64,000 nucleotides of DNA from an uncultured Bacteroides sp. (GCA_905201685.1 CAJKOW010000001.1:20292-84291); one strand, 5' to 3'. Shown: positions 41,137-52,196, numbered from the stretch's first letter. The notes: generated from the sequence alone by a model not told the origin. Translations and numbers: made by a program.

Positions 41137-42354
41137 TTATTTTTCCATATCCCGTTTCCGCTTCAAGGCTTCCAGAAAATAATAATCTGCATAAACCAAC
41201 GGAACATCCACTTCACTTCCATGCGGAATACTGCCGACCGAATGCATCAGTAAAAATCCTCCATTCATATCCAAAGGTGAGCGATATGCCGGAGATGATA
41301 AAGATTTCAGTATCAAATCGGCCGTTTTCCGATATTGCTCTTTACGAGTATAACCGCTCAGCTCATAAAGAGCCGAAGCAGTGATAGCCGCAGCAGAAAC
41401 ATCACGTGGTTCATGAGGGATGTTTATTGCATCATAATCCCAATAAGGAACCAAATCGTTCGGCATATTGGAATGAGTAAAAATGAAATCACACACTTTC
41501 TCGGCTTGTTTCAGATAAGCAGGATTCTGTGTATAACGATAACACATTGTATAGCCGTATATGGCCCATGCCTGTCCACGAGCCCATGCCGACTCGTCAG
41601 AGTATCCTTGAGCTGTACATCGGCTGCGTACTTCTCCTGTCTCTCCATCGTAATCGACTACATGAAATGAGCTTCCATCGCTGCGAAAATGATTTTGCAA
41701 CGTTTTGTCTGCATGAGATACCGCTATACGGTAGTATGTCGAATCGCCAGACATGCGAGTAGCTTCGAACAACAATTCCAGATTCATCATATTGTCAATG
41801 ATAACAGGACATTTCCACCCCCTTTTCGCTTGCCAACCCGAATGCACATTCCACGACTGGATAACTCCTGCTGCAGGGCGAAAACGAGTCGACAAGGACT
41901 GTGCAGCTGAGACAATAATCGATTTATATTGTTCTTCCCCTCCTAACCGGATACCATTCAAATAACTGCAACCAATGATAAACCCTACATCGTGAGTCGA
42001 CTTGTTATATTGCACTTTTTCCAATAACGCAGTGTATCTCTCTGCCAGACTTTTCCAATGTTCGTCACCCGTCAATCCATAAAGATACCACAGACTGCCA
42101 GCATAAAACCCTGCTGTCCAATCCCATCCGGCAGTTGAAGCATACACCATCGTCCCGTCAGACTTTATCGTACGAGGAATGTGATTCTCTCCTCTATCCG
42201 TCAGTTCATTTAGTTGCATAGCATACTGTTCGGTTGCAAATATCACATTTTCTGCAACAAATCCAACAGGATGATTATCCGCGATACAACTTAGAATAAT
42301 CCAGCACAGTATTCCAGTACACAATCCTATTTTTATTGGCTTTTTCATAGACAC
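41137..42354 (-). CDS. GH88 unsaturated glucuronyl hydrolase
   Basis: HDVGF, IIDNMMNLE, WARGQAW, YADYYFLEA; possible lipobox LSC. Confidence 0.92.
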   Translation of the reverse strand: MSMKKPIKIGLCTGILCWIILSCIADNHPVGFVAENVIFATEQYAMQLNELTDRGENHIPRTIKSDGTMVYASTAGWDWTAGFYAGSLWYLYGLTGDEHWKSLAERYTALLEKVQYNKSTHDVGFIIGCSYLNGIRLGGEEQYKSIIVSAAQSLSTRFRPAAGVIQSWNVHSGWQAKRGWKCPVIIDNMMNLELLFEATRMSGDSTYYRIAVSHADKTLQNHFRSDGSSFHVVDYDGETGEVRSRCTAQGYSDESAWARGQAWAIYGYTMCYRYTQNPAYLKQAEKVCDFIFTHSNMPNDLVPYWDYDAINIPHEPRDVSAAAITASALYELSGYTRKEQYRKTADLILKSLSSPAYRSPLDMNGGFLLMHSVGSIPHGSEVDVPLVYADYYFLEALKRKRDMEK

Positions 42355-42588
42355 ATAACTTTATATTTTTCAAACGGTCAACAAAGACATTACAAATGTA
42401 ACCAAAAACACATTATATGATGTAGCCTAATATTCATGATAAGGGAAAAAGCATACGTTATCTGATAAAATCGGAGAATGTACAAAAATGACAGGCAAAA
42501 CGTATAAAAGAAGACCATTTTTACCTAGAAAAAACATCTCCTCTTTAATTAAAAAAACTATCTTTGCTTCTTATAAAACCGAAATACA

Positions 42589-45500
42589 ATGAAAAAAGAA
42601 TTTCTGCTGACCTTTTATCTTTTATTTCTATACCTTTTTCAGTGCTTTTCACAAAGCATACCTTTTCACCACCTGACAACCGACAATGGGCTATCACACA
42701 ATTCTGTAGTATCCATCTATCAGGACGAACGCGATTTTATGTGGTTCGCAACAGCTAATGGACTCAGCCTATATAATGGAAAAGACTTCAAAATCTATCA
42801 AAAAGAGAAGGACAATCCTAACAGTATCCAGTACAACGACATTTATCAGATATTGGGTGACCGGAAAGGACACTTGTATATCCTAACAAATAGAGGAGCC
42901 TCAGAATATGACATATCTGAAGATAAGTTCACCCATCTGACAACTCAAGACGTAGCTGCAGGATTCTTTACCGACTCCTTATACATAGCTACTTCTTACG
43001 AAATATTCAAATACAATGGTAGCAAACTTCGCCCCGTATATAAGTTAAACAATCAACGGAACATACGTCGGTTACTTGTATCCAACGATTCCATCTTCAT
43101 CGGAACTAATCGCGGACTTTATCTGCTTACCCCCTCCAAAGAATTGCAAACACTCATACCCAACGGACACATTAGTGACATCTTCAAAGACAGTAAAGGC
43201 TGTTATTGGGTGGCAGCACGTTCAGGTGAGGGTGCATTCCGCATACAAGGGAAACAGATAACCCATTTCGTACACGACCCCAATAATCCCGCCAGCATTA
43301 GTTCCAACTTCGTTCACCGTTTTTGCGAAGACCCGCAAGGAAATATCTGGATAGGCACCTTTAACGGTTTGGACAAATATAACCCAGTAAACGAACAGTT
43401 CCGACATTATGAGAAACAACAGACTCCGAAAAGTCTGTCCTATTCATCTATCTGGAGTTTGTATTGCGACCGTCAAGGCAATATTTGGGTAGGAACCTAT
43501 TTTGGAGGTGTGAACTACTTCAATCCCAAGCAACAAGTATTTCGCGAATATCAACCCTCTCCTATTGAAGAAGAAGGGTTAAGCTCTAGTATAGTTAGCC
43601 GTATTACCGAAGACAATCGAGGTAACCTTTGGATAGGAACAGAAGGAGGCGGAGTGAACTTCTACAACAAGCAGACACAAACATACAAATGGTATACACT
43701 TGAAAAGCCTGAAAACGGAACTATAAAAAACAACATAAAAGCCCTCTACTACGATCCGCAACAGGAAGTATTGTGGATGGGTATACACATGGGAGGACTT
43801 TACAAACTTGACATCAGAACAAATAAAGGTACACGTTATCTGAAACACACCCACAACCTGCCTTCCAATAATGTTGAATCTATACTCCCTTATCAAGGCA
43901 AACTTCTGGTTGCCACTGATAATGGAATCATTTTCTTCGATCCAACCACAGAAAAATGCGAACGTTTTTTCAAAAACGATGAAATGTACGAAAAAACGCG
44001 CTATAGCAAAGGACTTGTACTGGATAGTCGGGGCATTTTATGGATTATCAGAAACAATAACGGAGTATGTTCCTACAATCCAACGACCAATAAACTGTCT
44101 ACTTACAAAGTAAGCCACGCCATTGAGCATAGCCTTAGTAGTAATAGTGTCAACTCAATCTATGAAGACAGCCAGCATCGGCTTTGGTTCTGTACCAACG
44201 AGAACGGATTAGACTTATATCATGCAGAAACAGATAATTTTGAGAATCTCGATGCTAGCCATAACGGACTCTCCAGTAACATTGTCTATAACATTTGCGA
44301 ACTCGATAGCAACAGGCTGTTGGTTACTACCGACAAAGGTTTGTCCATCCTAAACTATAAGGAAAAAACATTCAAAAACTACAATCAGCTACCTTTAAGC
44401 TGCCTCAACGAAAATGCCCTCTACAAAACCCGGGAAGGAGAAATCATCATCGGTGGAACTCAAGGAGCCATCTCATTCCACAAACAGGATCTGAAACAAG
44501 AATCGCGTTCGTACAATATTCTGCCCTACCGGCTATTTGTTAATGGTAGAGAAGTAAAAGTAGGAGACAAAAGTAAAATACTAAAACAGGATATCAGCTT
44601 CACCAAAGAAATTACGCTCAGAGCCGGACAAAACATTTTCAGTATAGAATATACTACTACCGACTTTCTGCCTTTCAACAAAGCCAACATCATCTACCGT
44701 TTGGAAGGATTCTCGCGAAGCTGGAACGACCTGAAACAGAATACTATTACTTATTCCAATCTGTCACCCGGCAAGTATACTCTGATTGTAAAAGCCGAAA
44801 ATACCGACGAGACATTGGTTCCCCCCAGTCGGCTGACTATCCGGGTACTTCCTCCGTTTTATCTAACGGTTTGGGCTTATGTGCTTTACTTTATCATTCT
44901 GGTTTTGGCTGTATGGTACCTGAACCGAGTCTACAAAAGCCGTATCAGAATGCAGGAAATGCTGAAATATGAAAAGAAACATGCTGACGATATCGAACAG
45001 ATGAACCAGTTTAAACTGCGTTTCTTCACCAATATTTCGCATGAATTCCGCACTCCTCTATCGCTCATCATCGGGCAAATGGAAATGTTGCTCTCACGCC
45101 AGCTTTCGCCCGAAATTTATAACAAGCTGTTAGGTACCTACAAAAGCTGCCTGCAACTGAAAGGCTTGGTAACCGAGCTACTTGACTTCCGCAAGCAGGA
45201 ACAAGGCTATATGAACATCAAAGTAAGCGAGTACAACATTGTAGACTTCGTATACGAGCATTATCTGCTCTTTGCCGACTATGCCAAACTGCGCAACATC
45301 ACCTTCACGTTTGAAAAGAGCCATGATGACATACCGATGTGGTATGACGCAAAGCAGATGCAGAAGGTAATGAATAATCTGATATCCAATGCCTTCAAGT
45401 ACACACCAGATGGAGGACGCATTTCTATCTCTGTCCGGAAAAAAGGCAATGAGGTCATTATCGAAGTAACTGACAACGGACAGGGAATCGCTCCCAAAGA

Positions 45501-46635
45501 CATCGAAAGAATATTCGATCGTTTTTATCAGGTCGATCATATCAACTCTATGTCACAGGCAGGAAGCGGCATCGGACTATCACTGACCAAAGGTATTGTC
45601 GAACTGCATCATGGCACTATTGAAGTTTTCAGTAAAGAAGGAGAAGGCTCTACTTTCTGCATTCATCTGAAAACAGGAAACGAACACTTCACTCCCGAAC
45701 AAATTTGTACTCAGCAAAACTGTCAGGATGCCTCGACAGGTATCGACCTGAAAGAATACAACCAGTACAAAGCCTACTTGGACAAACAGGAGATAGCTAT
45801 GCAGGACAATGAAAACCCGAAAGAAAAATACAAAATCCTGATCGTAGAAGACAATGACTCGTTACGCGAAATGCTGGTAGGAATCTTCGAATCGTTCTAT
45901 ACGGTAGTCACTGCCACCAACGGAAAGGAAGGGCTGGAAAAAGTACGGACCGAGCAGCCCAATATCGTACTAAGCGACATAGTTATGCCCGAAATGTCTG
46001 GAACAGAACTATGCCATGCCATCAAAATAGACTTTGACCTCTGCCACATTCCGGTAGTGCTGCTCACAGCTAAAACAGCTATCGAATATAATATGGAGGG
46101 GCTGAAAATGGGAGCCGACGACTACGTAACCAAACCATTCAACATCAACCTGCTGTTGTCGCGTTGCAACAATCTGGTAAACAGCCGTATCATGCTGCAA
46201 GAGAAGTTCAGCAAACAACCCCAGACCGACATGCAGATACTGGCAACCAATACCCTCGATAAAAAATTCCTGGACCAGGCAATGGCCATCATTGAAGAAG
46301 AGATAGACAATGCCGACTTCAACGTAGACCAACTGGCTTCGAAGATGGGCATTGCACGTACCAAACTGTTCACCAAGCTGAAAGCCGTCACCGGACAAAC
46401 TCCTAACGAACTGATTATCACCATCCGCCTGAAACGTGCTGCTTATATGTTGAGAAACAATCCGGAACTGAACATATCGGAGATAGCCGACCGGACGGGA
46501 TTCAACATCCCCAAGTACTTCAGCAAATGCTTCAAGGAAAGATACCATATCAATCCGGCTGCATACCGGAAAGGAGGCGACGACACTGCCAGCGCAGAAA
46601 ACAAGAAAAAAGATGAGGACGATGTGGAAAGCTGA
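42589..46635 (+). CDS. Hybrid two-component system sensor/regulator of the PUL
   Basis: Beta-propeller repeats, Y_Y_Y domain, TM, HEFRTPL kinase, receiver, AraC HTH. Confidence 0.97.
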   Translation: MKKEFLLTFYLLFLYLFQCFSQSIPFHHLTTDNGLSHNSVVSIYQDERDFMWFATANGLSLYNGKDFKIYQKEKDNPNSIQYNDIYQILGDRKGHLYILTNRGASEYDISEDKFTHLTTQDVAAGFFTDSLYIATSYEIFKYNGSKLRPVYKLNNQRNIRRLLVSNDSIFIGTNRGLYLLTPSKELQTLIPNGHISDIFKDSKGCYWVAARSGEGAFRIQGKQITHFVHDPNNPASISSNFVHRFCEDPQGNIWIGTFNGLDKYNPVNEQFRHYEKQQTPKSLSYSSIWSLYCDRQGNIWVGTYFGGVNYFNPKQQVFREYQPSPIEEEGLSSSIVSRITEDNRGNLWIGTEGGGVNFYNKQTQTYKWYTLEKPENGTIKNNIKALYYDPQQEVLWMGIHMGGLYKLDIRTNKGTRYLKHTHNLPSNNVESILPYQGKLLVATDNGIIFFDPTTEKCERFFKNDEMYEKTRYSKGLVLDSRGILWIIRNNNGVCSYNPTTNKLSTYKVSHAIEHSLSSNSVNSIYEDSQHRLWFCTNENGLDLYHAETDNFENLDASHNGLSSNIVYNICELDSNRLLVTTDKGLSILNYKEKTFKNYNQLPLSCLNENALYKTREGEIIIGGTQGAISFHKQDLKQESRSYNILPYRLFVNGREVKVGDKSKILKQDISFTKEITLRAGQNIFSIEYTTTDFLPFNKANIIYRLEGFSRSWNDLKQNTITYSNLSPGKYTLIVKAENTDETLVPPSRLTIRVLPPFYLTVWAYVLYFIILVLAVWYLNRVYKSRIRMQEMLKYEKKHADDIEQMNQFKLRFFTNISHEFRTPLSLIIGQMEMLLSRQLSPEIYNKLLGTYKSCLQLKGLVTELLDFRKQEQGYMNIKVSEYNIVDFVYEHYLLFADYAKLRNITFTFEKSHDDIPMWYDAKQMQKVMNNLISNAFKYTPDGGRISISVRKKGNEVIIEVTDNGQGIAPKDIERIFDRFYQVDHINSMSQAGSGIGLSLTKGIVELHHGTIEVFSKEGEGSTFCIHLKTGNEHFTPEQICTQQNCQDASTGIDLKEYNQYKAYLDKQEIAMQDNENPKEKYKILIVEDNDSLREMLVGIFESFYTVVTATNGKEGLEKVRTEQPNIVLSDIVMPEMSGTELCHAIKIDFDLCHIPVVLLTAKTAIEYNMEGLKMGADDYVTKPFNINLLLSRCNNLVNSRIMLQEKFSKQPQTDMQILATNTLDKKFLDQAMAIIEEEIDNADFNVDQLASKMGIARTKLFTKLKAVTGQTPNELIITIRLKRAAYMLRNNPELNISEIADRTGFNIPKYFSKCFKERYHINPAAYRKGGDDTASAENKKKDEDDVES

Positions 46636-46706
46636 GATTCGTCCGCTTTCCCCCATCTCCTCATCTTAGGGAAATATCATTTCTGAACTGAGTCGTACCC
46701 GCTGAA

Positions 46707-48281
46707 TCAGAACTCGCTCGTAAAGTGGAATTTGATGTGCTTGAAGTCCATCTGCGCCATCTGTAACACATAGCCAGAGTCGGCCAGAAATACGTCGCGA
46801 CCTTCGCGGTCCTTGGCCATGTACTGGTATTTGCGCTTCTTGAAGGCATCCAGCTCGGCCGGATCGTCGCTTTCAATCCAGCAGGCTTTGTACAGGCTGA
46901 CGGGTTCCCAACGGCACTTGGCATTGTATTCGTTCTCCAAACGGTATTGGATCACCTCGAACTGCAGCTGTCCTACCGTACCGATAATCTTGCGCCCGTT
47001 GAACTGGTTGACAAACAACTGTGCCACACCTTCGTCCATCAGTTGGTCGATGCCCTTGGCCAGCTGCTTCTGCTTCATGGGGTCGGCATTCTCGATGTAC
47101 TTGAACATCTCGGGCGAGAAGCTGGGCAAACCGCGGAAGTGGAGCTGTTCGCCTTCGGTCAGCGTATCGCCAATCTTGAAGGTTCCGTTGTCGGGCAAAC
47201 CGATGATGTCGCCTGCCCAGGCCTCGTCGATGGTCGTTTTGCGCTGTGCCATAAACTGTGTTGGACTGGAGAAACGCATGGTCTTGCCATGGCGTACGTG
47301 ATAGTAGGGTGCGTTGCGGACAAACTTGCCCGAACAGATCTTGCAGAAAGCCACACACGAACGGTGGTTCGGGTCGATATTGGCCGTAATCTTGAAAATG
47401 AAACCGGTGAACTTGGGTTCTTCGGGCATCACAATGCGTTCTTCGGCCTTTACGGGACGGGGACTGGGGGCAATCTCCACAAACGTATCGAGCAACTCTT
47501 CCACACCAAAGTTGTTCAGAGCCGAACCAAAGAAGACGGGAGCCAGCTCGCCTTTCAGATAGTCGTCCACCTGAAACTCGGGATAGACGCCGTCTATCAG
47601 CTCCAGTTCACTGCGCAACTTCTCGGCCAGGTCGTGCCCTATCCGATTGTCCAGTTCCTCGGTATGGATATCCACTTCCACCTTCTCGGTCACTACTTGC
47701 TTGCTGGGCTGGAAGAGGTTGAGCTTCTGTTCGTAAATGTTGTAAACGCCCTTGAAGCGGATACCGCTTTCGATAGGCCACGTCAGCGGACGCACGTGGA
47801 TGTGGAGTTCTTCTTCCAATTCATCAAGAAGGTCGAAAGGATCTTTGGCTTCGCGGTCCATCTTGTTGACGAAGATGATGACCGGCGTGTTCCTCATGCG
47901 GCACACTTCCATCAGCTTGCGTGTCTGCGTTTCCACACCTTTGGCACCGTCCACCACGATGATGACACTGTCCACAGCCGTCAGTGTGCGGTAAGTGTCT
48001 TCGGCAAAGTCCTGGTGACCGGGCGTATCGAGGATGTTGATCTTATAGTCGTGATAGTCGAACTCCATCACCGAGGTGGTCACGGAGATACCACGTTGCT
48101 TCTCGATATCCATCCAGTCGGACGTAGCCGTTTTCTTGATTTTGTTACTCTTCACGGCTCCTGCCACTTGTATCTGTCCGCCGAAAAGCAGTAGCTTCTC
48201 GGTCAACGATGTCTTACCGGCATCGGGGTGTGCAATGATTGCAAATGTACGTCGTCTTTCTATTTCTTGATTACTTGCCAT
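46707..48281 (-). CDS. prfC: Peptide chain release factor 3
   Basis: [28 protein letters not shown]. Confidence 0.98.
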   Translation of the reverse strand: MASNQEIERRRTFAIIAHPDAGKTSLTEKLLLFGGQIQVAGAVKSNKIKKTATSDWMDIEKQRGISVTTSVMEFDYHDYKINILDTPGHQDFAEDTYRTLTAVDSVIIVVDGAKGVETQTRKLMEVCRMRNTPVIIFVNKMDREAKDPFDLLDELEEELHIHVRPLTWPIESGIRFKGVYNIYEQKLNLFQPSKQVVTEKVEVDIHTEELDNRIGHDLAEKLRSELELIDGVYPEFQVDDYLKGELAPVFFGSALNNFGVEELLDTFVEIAPSPRPVKAEERIVMPEEPKFTGFIFKITANIDPNHRSCVAFCKICSGKFVRNAPYYHVRHGKTMRFSSPTQFMAQRKTTIDEAWAGDIIGLPDNGTFKIGDTLTEGEQLHFRGLPSFSPEMFKYIENADPMKQKQLAKGIDQLMDEGVAQLFVNQFNGRKIIGTVGQLQFEVIQYRLENEYNAKCRWEPVSLYKACWIESDDPAELDAFKKRKYQYMAKDREGRDVFLADSGYVLQMAQMDFKHIKFHFTSEF

Positions 48282-48290
48282 ATATCTGAA

Positions 48291-49157
48291 TTACTTTTCT
48301 GATTCTTCTAACAATTTTCCGATGCACTCGGCAAGCGATGCTTCCCAATGGGGAATCTCAATGCCGAACGTTTTCTTGATCTTCGTCTTGTCGAGCACCG
48401 AATAGGCCGGACGGGGTGCCTTGGCCGGATATTCATCGGTATGCAGGGGGCTGACTTTACAGGTCGTGATGCCTGCCAGACGATGGATGGCCACGGTAAA
48501 GTCGTACCACGAGCAGACGCCTTCGTTGCTGAAATGATAGACGCCGGGAACGATTCCCTGACGGATAGCGGCGAAGATGGCCCGGGCCAAGTCGCGTGCA
48601 TAAGTCGGGGTACCTATCTGGTCGAACACGACTCCGAGTGATTCGCGTTCGCGCCCCAGACGGATCATGGTCTTCACAAAGTTGTTGCCGTAGATGGAGT
48701 AGAGCCATGCCGTACGGATAATCATGGCGCGGCTGCACTTCTTCATCACTTCCTCTTCGCCACCTAACTTCGTCACGCCATATACCGAGTTGGGACAGGG
48801 CTTCATTTCCTCTGTATAAGGGAGGTGTCCCGTACCGTCGAACACATAGTCGGTCGATACCTGTATCAGTGCTGCTCCGCAGGCTTCGGCTGCTTCGGCC
48901 AGATAGCCGGGAGCCAGATGATTGAGTTTGTCGCACAGTTCGCGGTTGTCTTCGGCCTTGTCCACGGCCGTGTAAGCAGCACAGTTCACAATCAGGTCGA
49001 TTGCATGACCGCTGACAAAGGCACGTACGGCCTGAACGTCGCAAATGTCCAGCTCCTGCACGTCGGTAAAGTAATAGGTATATTGTTGGTTTTCGGCGGA
49101 CAATACCCGCATCTCATTGCCAAGCTGACCGTTGGCTCCGGTTATTAAAATATTCAT
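48291..49157 (-). CDS. rfbD: dTDP-4-dehydrorhamnose reductase
   Basis: GANGQLG, NCAAYTAVD, STDYVFDG, YGVTK. Confidence 0.95.
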   Translation of the reverse strand: MNILITGANGQLGNEMRVLSAENQQYTYYFTDVQELDICDVQAVRAFVSGHAIDLIVNCAAYTAVDKAEDNRELCDKLNHLAPGYLAEAAEACGAALIQVSTDYVFDGTGHLPYTEEMKPCPNSVYGVTKLGGEEEVMKKCSRAMIIRTAWLYSIYGNNFVKTMIRLGRERESLGVVFDQIGTPTYARDLARAIFAAIRQGIVPGVYHFSNEGVCSWYDFTVAIHRLAGITTCKVSPLHTDEYPAKAPRPAYSVLDKTKIKKTFGIEIPHWEASLAECIGKLLEESEK

Positions 49158-49242
49158 TTAAAGATTAATACTTATAATATATAATGTTACGATGAACAAT
49201 TTTCACTTTTTCATCAGGAGCGCCCTTCCGGGCAACGCTCGG

Positions 49243-49782
49243 TCACAGGTCTTCCAATTCCCCTTTCCGGTCCTTGGCATAGTATGCAGCCAACATGGAA
49301 AGGAAACTGCTGATGGCCTCGATGGCCCGTGCCGTTCCCTGGCTGATTTCCTTCTTCTGAAGTTTCAGCAACAACACGCCGTACAGGGCTTCGAAACAGG
49401 TTTCCAACTCGGGTTCGTCGGTCTTTCCGTTCTTTTGCCGCAACTCCACGATGAACGGCAGTGCCTTGAAGTAGGCCGCATTGTAGAACGGATATTTGGT
49501 GGACGACAACAGGGCGGCATGCAGGTCGGTCAGGTTCAGAATCACGTTGCGGTTGATCTGCAGATGCCCTTTCTCCATCACTCCTTCGGCGCGCATCATC
49601 TCGATAAGGTTACCGTACCACTCCGTCAGCTCGGCACGTTCTTCTTCGGGATAACGCGAAACGATGTTACTGCACATCCGATCGATGTCGCACCCGTTGG
49701 CACGAATCAGATCTTCTACCTGCCACATGTACAACAGATATTCGGCAATATTCTCTTCTTTCAGTTTCTGTGCTACCTTCAT
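49243..49782 (-). CDS. Conserved Bacteroidetes protein (DUF4924-like)
   Basis: ENIAEYLLYMWQVEDLIRA motif. Confidence 0.75.
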   Translation of the reverse strand: MKVAQKLKEENIAEYLLYMWQVEDLIRANGCDIDRMCSNIVSRYPEEERAELTEWYGNLIEMMRAEGVMEKGHLQINRNVILNLTDLHAALLSSTKYPFYNAAYFKALPFIVELRQKNGKTDEPELETCFEALYGVLLLKLQKKEISQGTARAIEAISSFLSMLAAYYAKDRKGELEDL

Positions 49783-49899
49783 TCCTGTTCTTTAAATTGC
49801 GCACGTCAGCGAAACGTGCAAAAATTCGTTTACGAAGTTGGAAAGAGTTTTACCCGTTTCGGGCGGACGACTTATCCTTTTTCGCGCCTTCCCCTTTCG

Positions 49900-50553
49900 T
49901 CAGTACAACGATTCTCCCATCAGTGTGAACACCAAGCCCAGCACGGAAACAATCACCACAATGCTTCCAATGATACGGTTCAGTATCCAGATGCCTCGCA
50001 AGTTGAACTGCGTACGTACTTTATTGACGAAATAAGTAATACCAAACCACCAGCTCAGCGCGCCTAACGCGATGGCCAAGTAACCGGTCACGGCCTCGAA
50101 TACCAACACACCTTCGCTGACGAAAGCAAAGCGTGCGAAAAGGCCGACAAACAGAAATATAATCAACGGATTGGAGAACGTGACCAAAAAAGCGGTTATG
50201 AAATTGTGCAAATAAGTGCCTTTACTGCCCGAAACCGGACGGATGGATTGAACCGGATTGCTGCGGAACGTATAGATACCAAATGCGAGCAACAACACGC
50301 TCCCGAAGAGCTGCAGATAAAAGATATTCTTGTTCACATAGTCAAACACGAAACTCATGCCGTATCCTGTCAGCAGCGCATAGAGTATATCGCTCAATGC
50401 AGCTCCGATCCCGGTGACAAAGCCATACCAACGACCCTTGTTCAATGTACGCTGTATGCAAAGTACCCCCACAGGACCCAACGGCGCCGACACTATGACA
50501 CCTATAATGAACCCTTTCCACAATATGTCCAATATGGTTTCTATCTGAATCAT
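49900..50553 (-). CDS. LysE family translocator
   Basis: SAPLGPVGVLCIQRTLNKG, TFSNP, multiple TM helices; start at MIQIE. Confidence 0.88.
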   Translation of the reverse strand: MIQIETILDILWKGFIIGVIVSAPLGPVGVLCIQRTLNKGRWYGFVTGIGAALSDILYALLTGYGMSFVFDYVNKNIFYLQLFGSVLLLAFGIYTFRSNPVQSIRPVSGSKGTYLHNFITAFLVTFSNPLIIFLFVGLFARFAFVSEGVLVFEAVTGYLAIALGALSWWFGITYFVNKVRTQFNLRGIWILNRIIGSIVVIVSVLGLVFTLMGESLY

Positions 50554-50684
50554 GGCTGCAAAGATAGTGCAAACAAAGGGAAGTACAAAGCGAAAAATGA
50601 GTTTTTGACTCCTGCACTTCCACTTGCATGCCCTATAACAAAAACTGACGATGAAAGCAAACGATACGCGAAACAAAAAACAAC

Positions 50685-51140
50685 ACTGGCACGGCTCGGG
50701 AGCCACACTTGCACGGCTCGCGAGAGACACAAGCACGGCTCACGAGCCACGCAAGCAATACTCGTGGGAGTTGCAGGCAATACCCGGCGGGATTACAAGT
50801 AAAACTCGTGAGGTTTGTCAATGAAACCAGTCGGCATTGCTTCCGAAACCCGACGGCATTGCTTGTTACGCTGCCGAACATTGCTTGTTACTCCGGCTGA
50901 CTACCGATGTTACGCGGCCAAAGTGGGACGTTGAAAATGGAAAATGAATAATTAAAAATGAATAGTGAAAGGAATACATTTTAAACTTCAACCCTCAACC
51001 ATAAACCCTCAACCCTCATCCCCCCCAACTTTAAACCTTAAATCCTCCTATTTGCCTTCACGCCTTCACCCGGCTTGCAGCGCGTTGGTTTTCAGCGAAC
51101 TACGGTGAAACATACGATTTCACGAAAGTTTCACCTTTTG
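50685..51140 (-). repeat. Dispersed composite repeat element, copy 2 (inverted relative to copy 1), with inserted 7-bp-periodic tracts at ~50935-51045
   Basis: Reverse complement matches 11279-11665; spurious ORFs share PATPTSIAC.AREPC...SRAVQVWL. Confidence 0.8.
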
Positions 51141-51324
51141 GTTTCACCTCTTCCGAATCTTCTCATTTTCCTTAGCTTCATCCCATGAAAAGCGAAAGTT
51201 ATAATCATTTGATAGACAGACAGATGTGGTGAAAGATGTAACGTACATGCAAGTGCCGATGTAACGTACGTGCAAGTGAAACAACTTTTAGGCTATCCTA
51301 AAGACCGAGGTGAAACCGACCACG

Positions 51325-51389
51325 CCTCCGAAGTAAAAGTTAAAAACAAGCTTTTTGCTTTGTATTTCACTCGGTTTGCACTATCTTTG
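51325..51389 (+). promoter_or_regulatory. 65-bp promoter-containing direct repeat, copy 1
   Basis: TTTG-N19-TATCTTTG; 62/65 identical to 52046-52110. Confidence 0.85.
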
Positions 51390-51412
51390 TTCCAAAGAAA
51401 GGAGAACAACAA

Positions 51413-51691
51413 ATGGATACACTGGAAATGGAAAGTCTGCGCCGCGAACTCTTACGCGACATCTTGGACGTAGATGACCTGGACGTGCTCAAAAAAATGA
51501 AACGAAGCTTCAACCGTCTGTGCGCCAACCACGCCACTCCTGCCCAGGAAACAGAAGACCTGCGCCCCTATACAATGGAAGAGCTGAATGCAAGGATTGA
51601 CGAGGCTGAAGCGGAAGAAGATACAGGAACCCCTGCTACACCCCATGAAGAAGTTATGATAAGAATGCACAAACTTATTGCAATGCGATGA
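51413..51691 (+). CDS. Putative antitoxin
   Basis: Small acidic ORF (PYTMEELNARIDEAE..HEEV) overlapping the toxin start (ATGA). Confidence 0.7.
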   Translation: MDTLEMESLRRELLRDILDVDDLDVLKKMKRSFNRLCANHATPAQETEDLRPYTMEELNARIDEAEAEEDTGTPATPHEEVMIRMHKLIAMR

Positions 51692-52011
51692 AATATCAAT
51701 GGAGAAAACAGGCTGAAACACAAATGGCCAAAGAAGTCAGATATTGCCAACAACATTTCGGAGCAAGGGTTGCCATGCGTTTCATCGAAAGTGTGGATAA
51801 GCAAGTAAAACTTTTAGGGTTACAACCATACATGGGGAAAATAGAACCCTTGCTTATAGACAGGAAACGCCACCAATACCGCTCGCTCGTCATCCACGAG
51901 CACTTCAAACTCATCTACTACATCGACCAGCCCAACGATACTCTGTACATTGCCGACCTATGGGATACCCGCCGGGAACCATCGCGCCTGACCGAACACA
52001 TCAAAAGATGA
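51688..52011 (+). CDS. Type II toxin, RelE/ParE family
   Basis: QPYMGKIEPLL..YRSLVI..FKLIYYI..LYIADLWDTRREP. Confidence 0.85.
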   Translation: MKYQWRKQAETQMAKEVRYCQQHFGARVAMRFIESVDKQVKLLGLQPYMGKIEPLLIDRKRHQYRSLVIHEHFKLIYYIDQPNDTLYIADLWDTRREPSRLTEHIKR

Positions 52012-52045
52012 AACAATGCGCAGTCCTTTCAGAAGAAAGGCGGCA

Positions 52046-52110
52046 CCTCCGAAGTAAAAGCTAAAAACAAGGTTTTTGCTTTGTACTTCACTCGGTTTGC
52101 ACTATCTTTG
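52046..52110 (+). promoter_or_regulatory. 65-bp promoter-containing direct repeat, copy 2 (probable purL promoter)
   Basis: TTTG-N19-TATCTTTG ending 86 bp upstream of the purL ATG. Confidence 0.85.
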
Positions 52111-52196
52111 CATACGGAAAAGGACAAAGGGAAACATAATTCCCGAAACACCTTGATAATAAAGGATTTTATCATCAACATAGCGCTATAACAATT

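Noticed and set aside
48291..49157. rfbD as part of a capsule or O-antigen locus
   Set aside because: No other polysaccharide biosynthesis genes adjacent; it sits in a housekeeping run with prfC
50554..50736. Extended N-terminus of the LysE ORF as given in the ORF track
   Set aside because: The extension runs through a promoter repeat and the 22-bp array; the real start is most likely ATG at 50553
11279..51140. Inverted element copies as ends of a 39-kb invertible segment or composite transposon
   Set aside because: Copies are clearly diverged, no recombinase or transposase is present, and the enclosed DNA includes housekeeping genes (prfC, rfbD)
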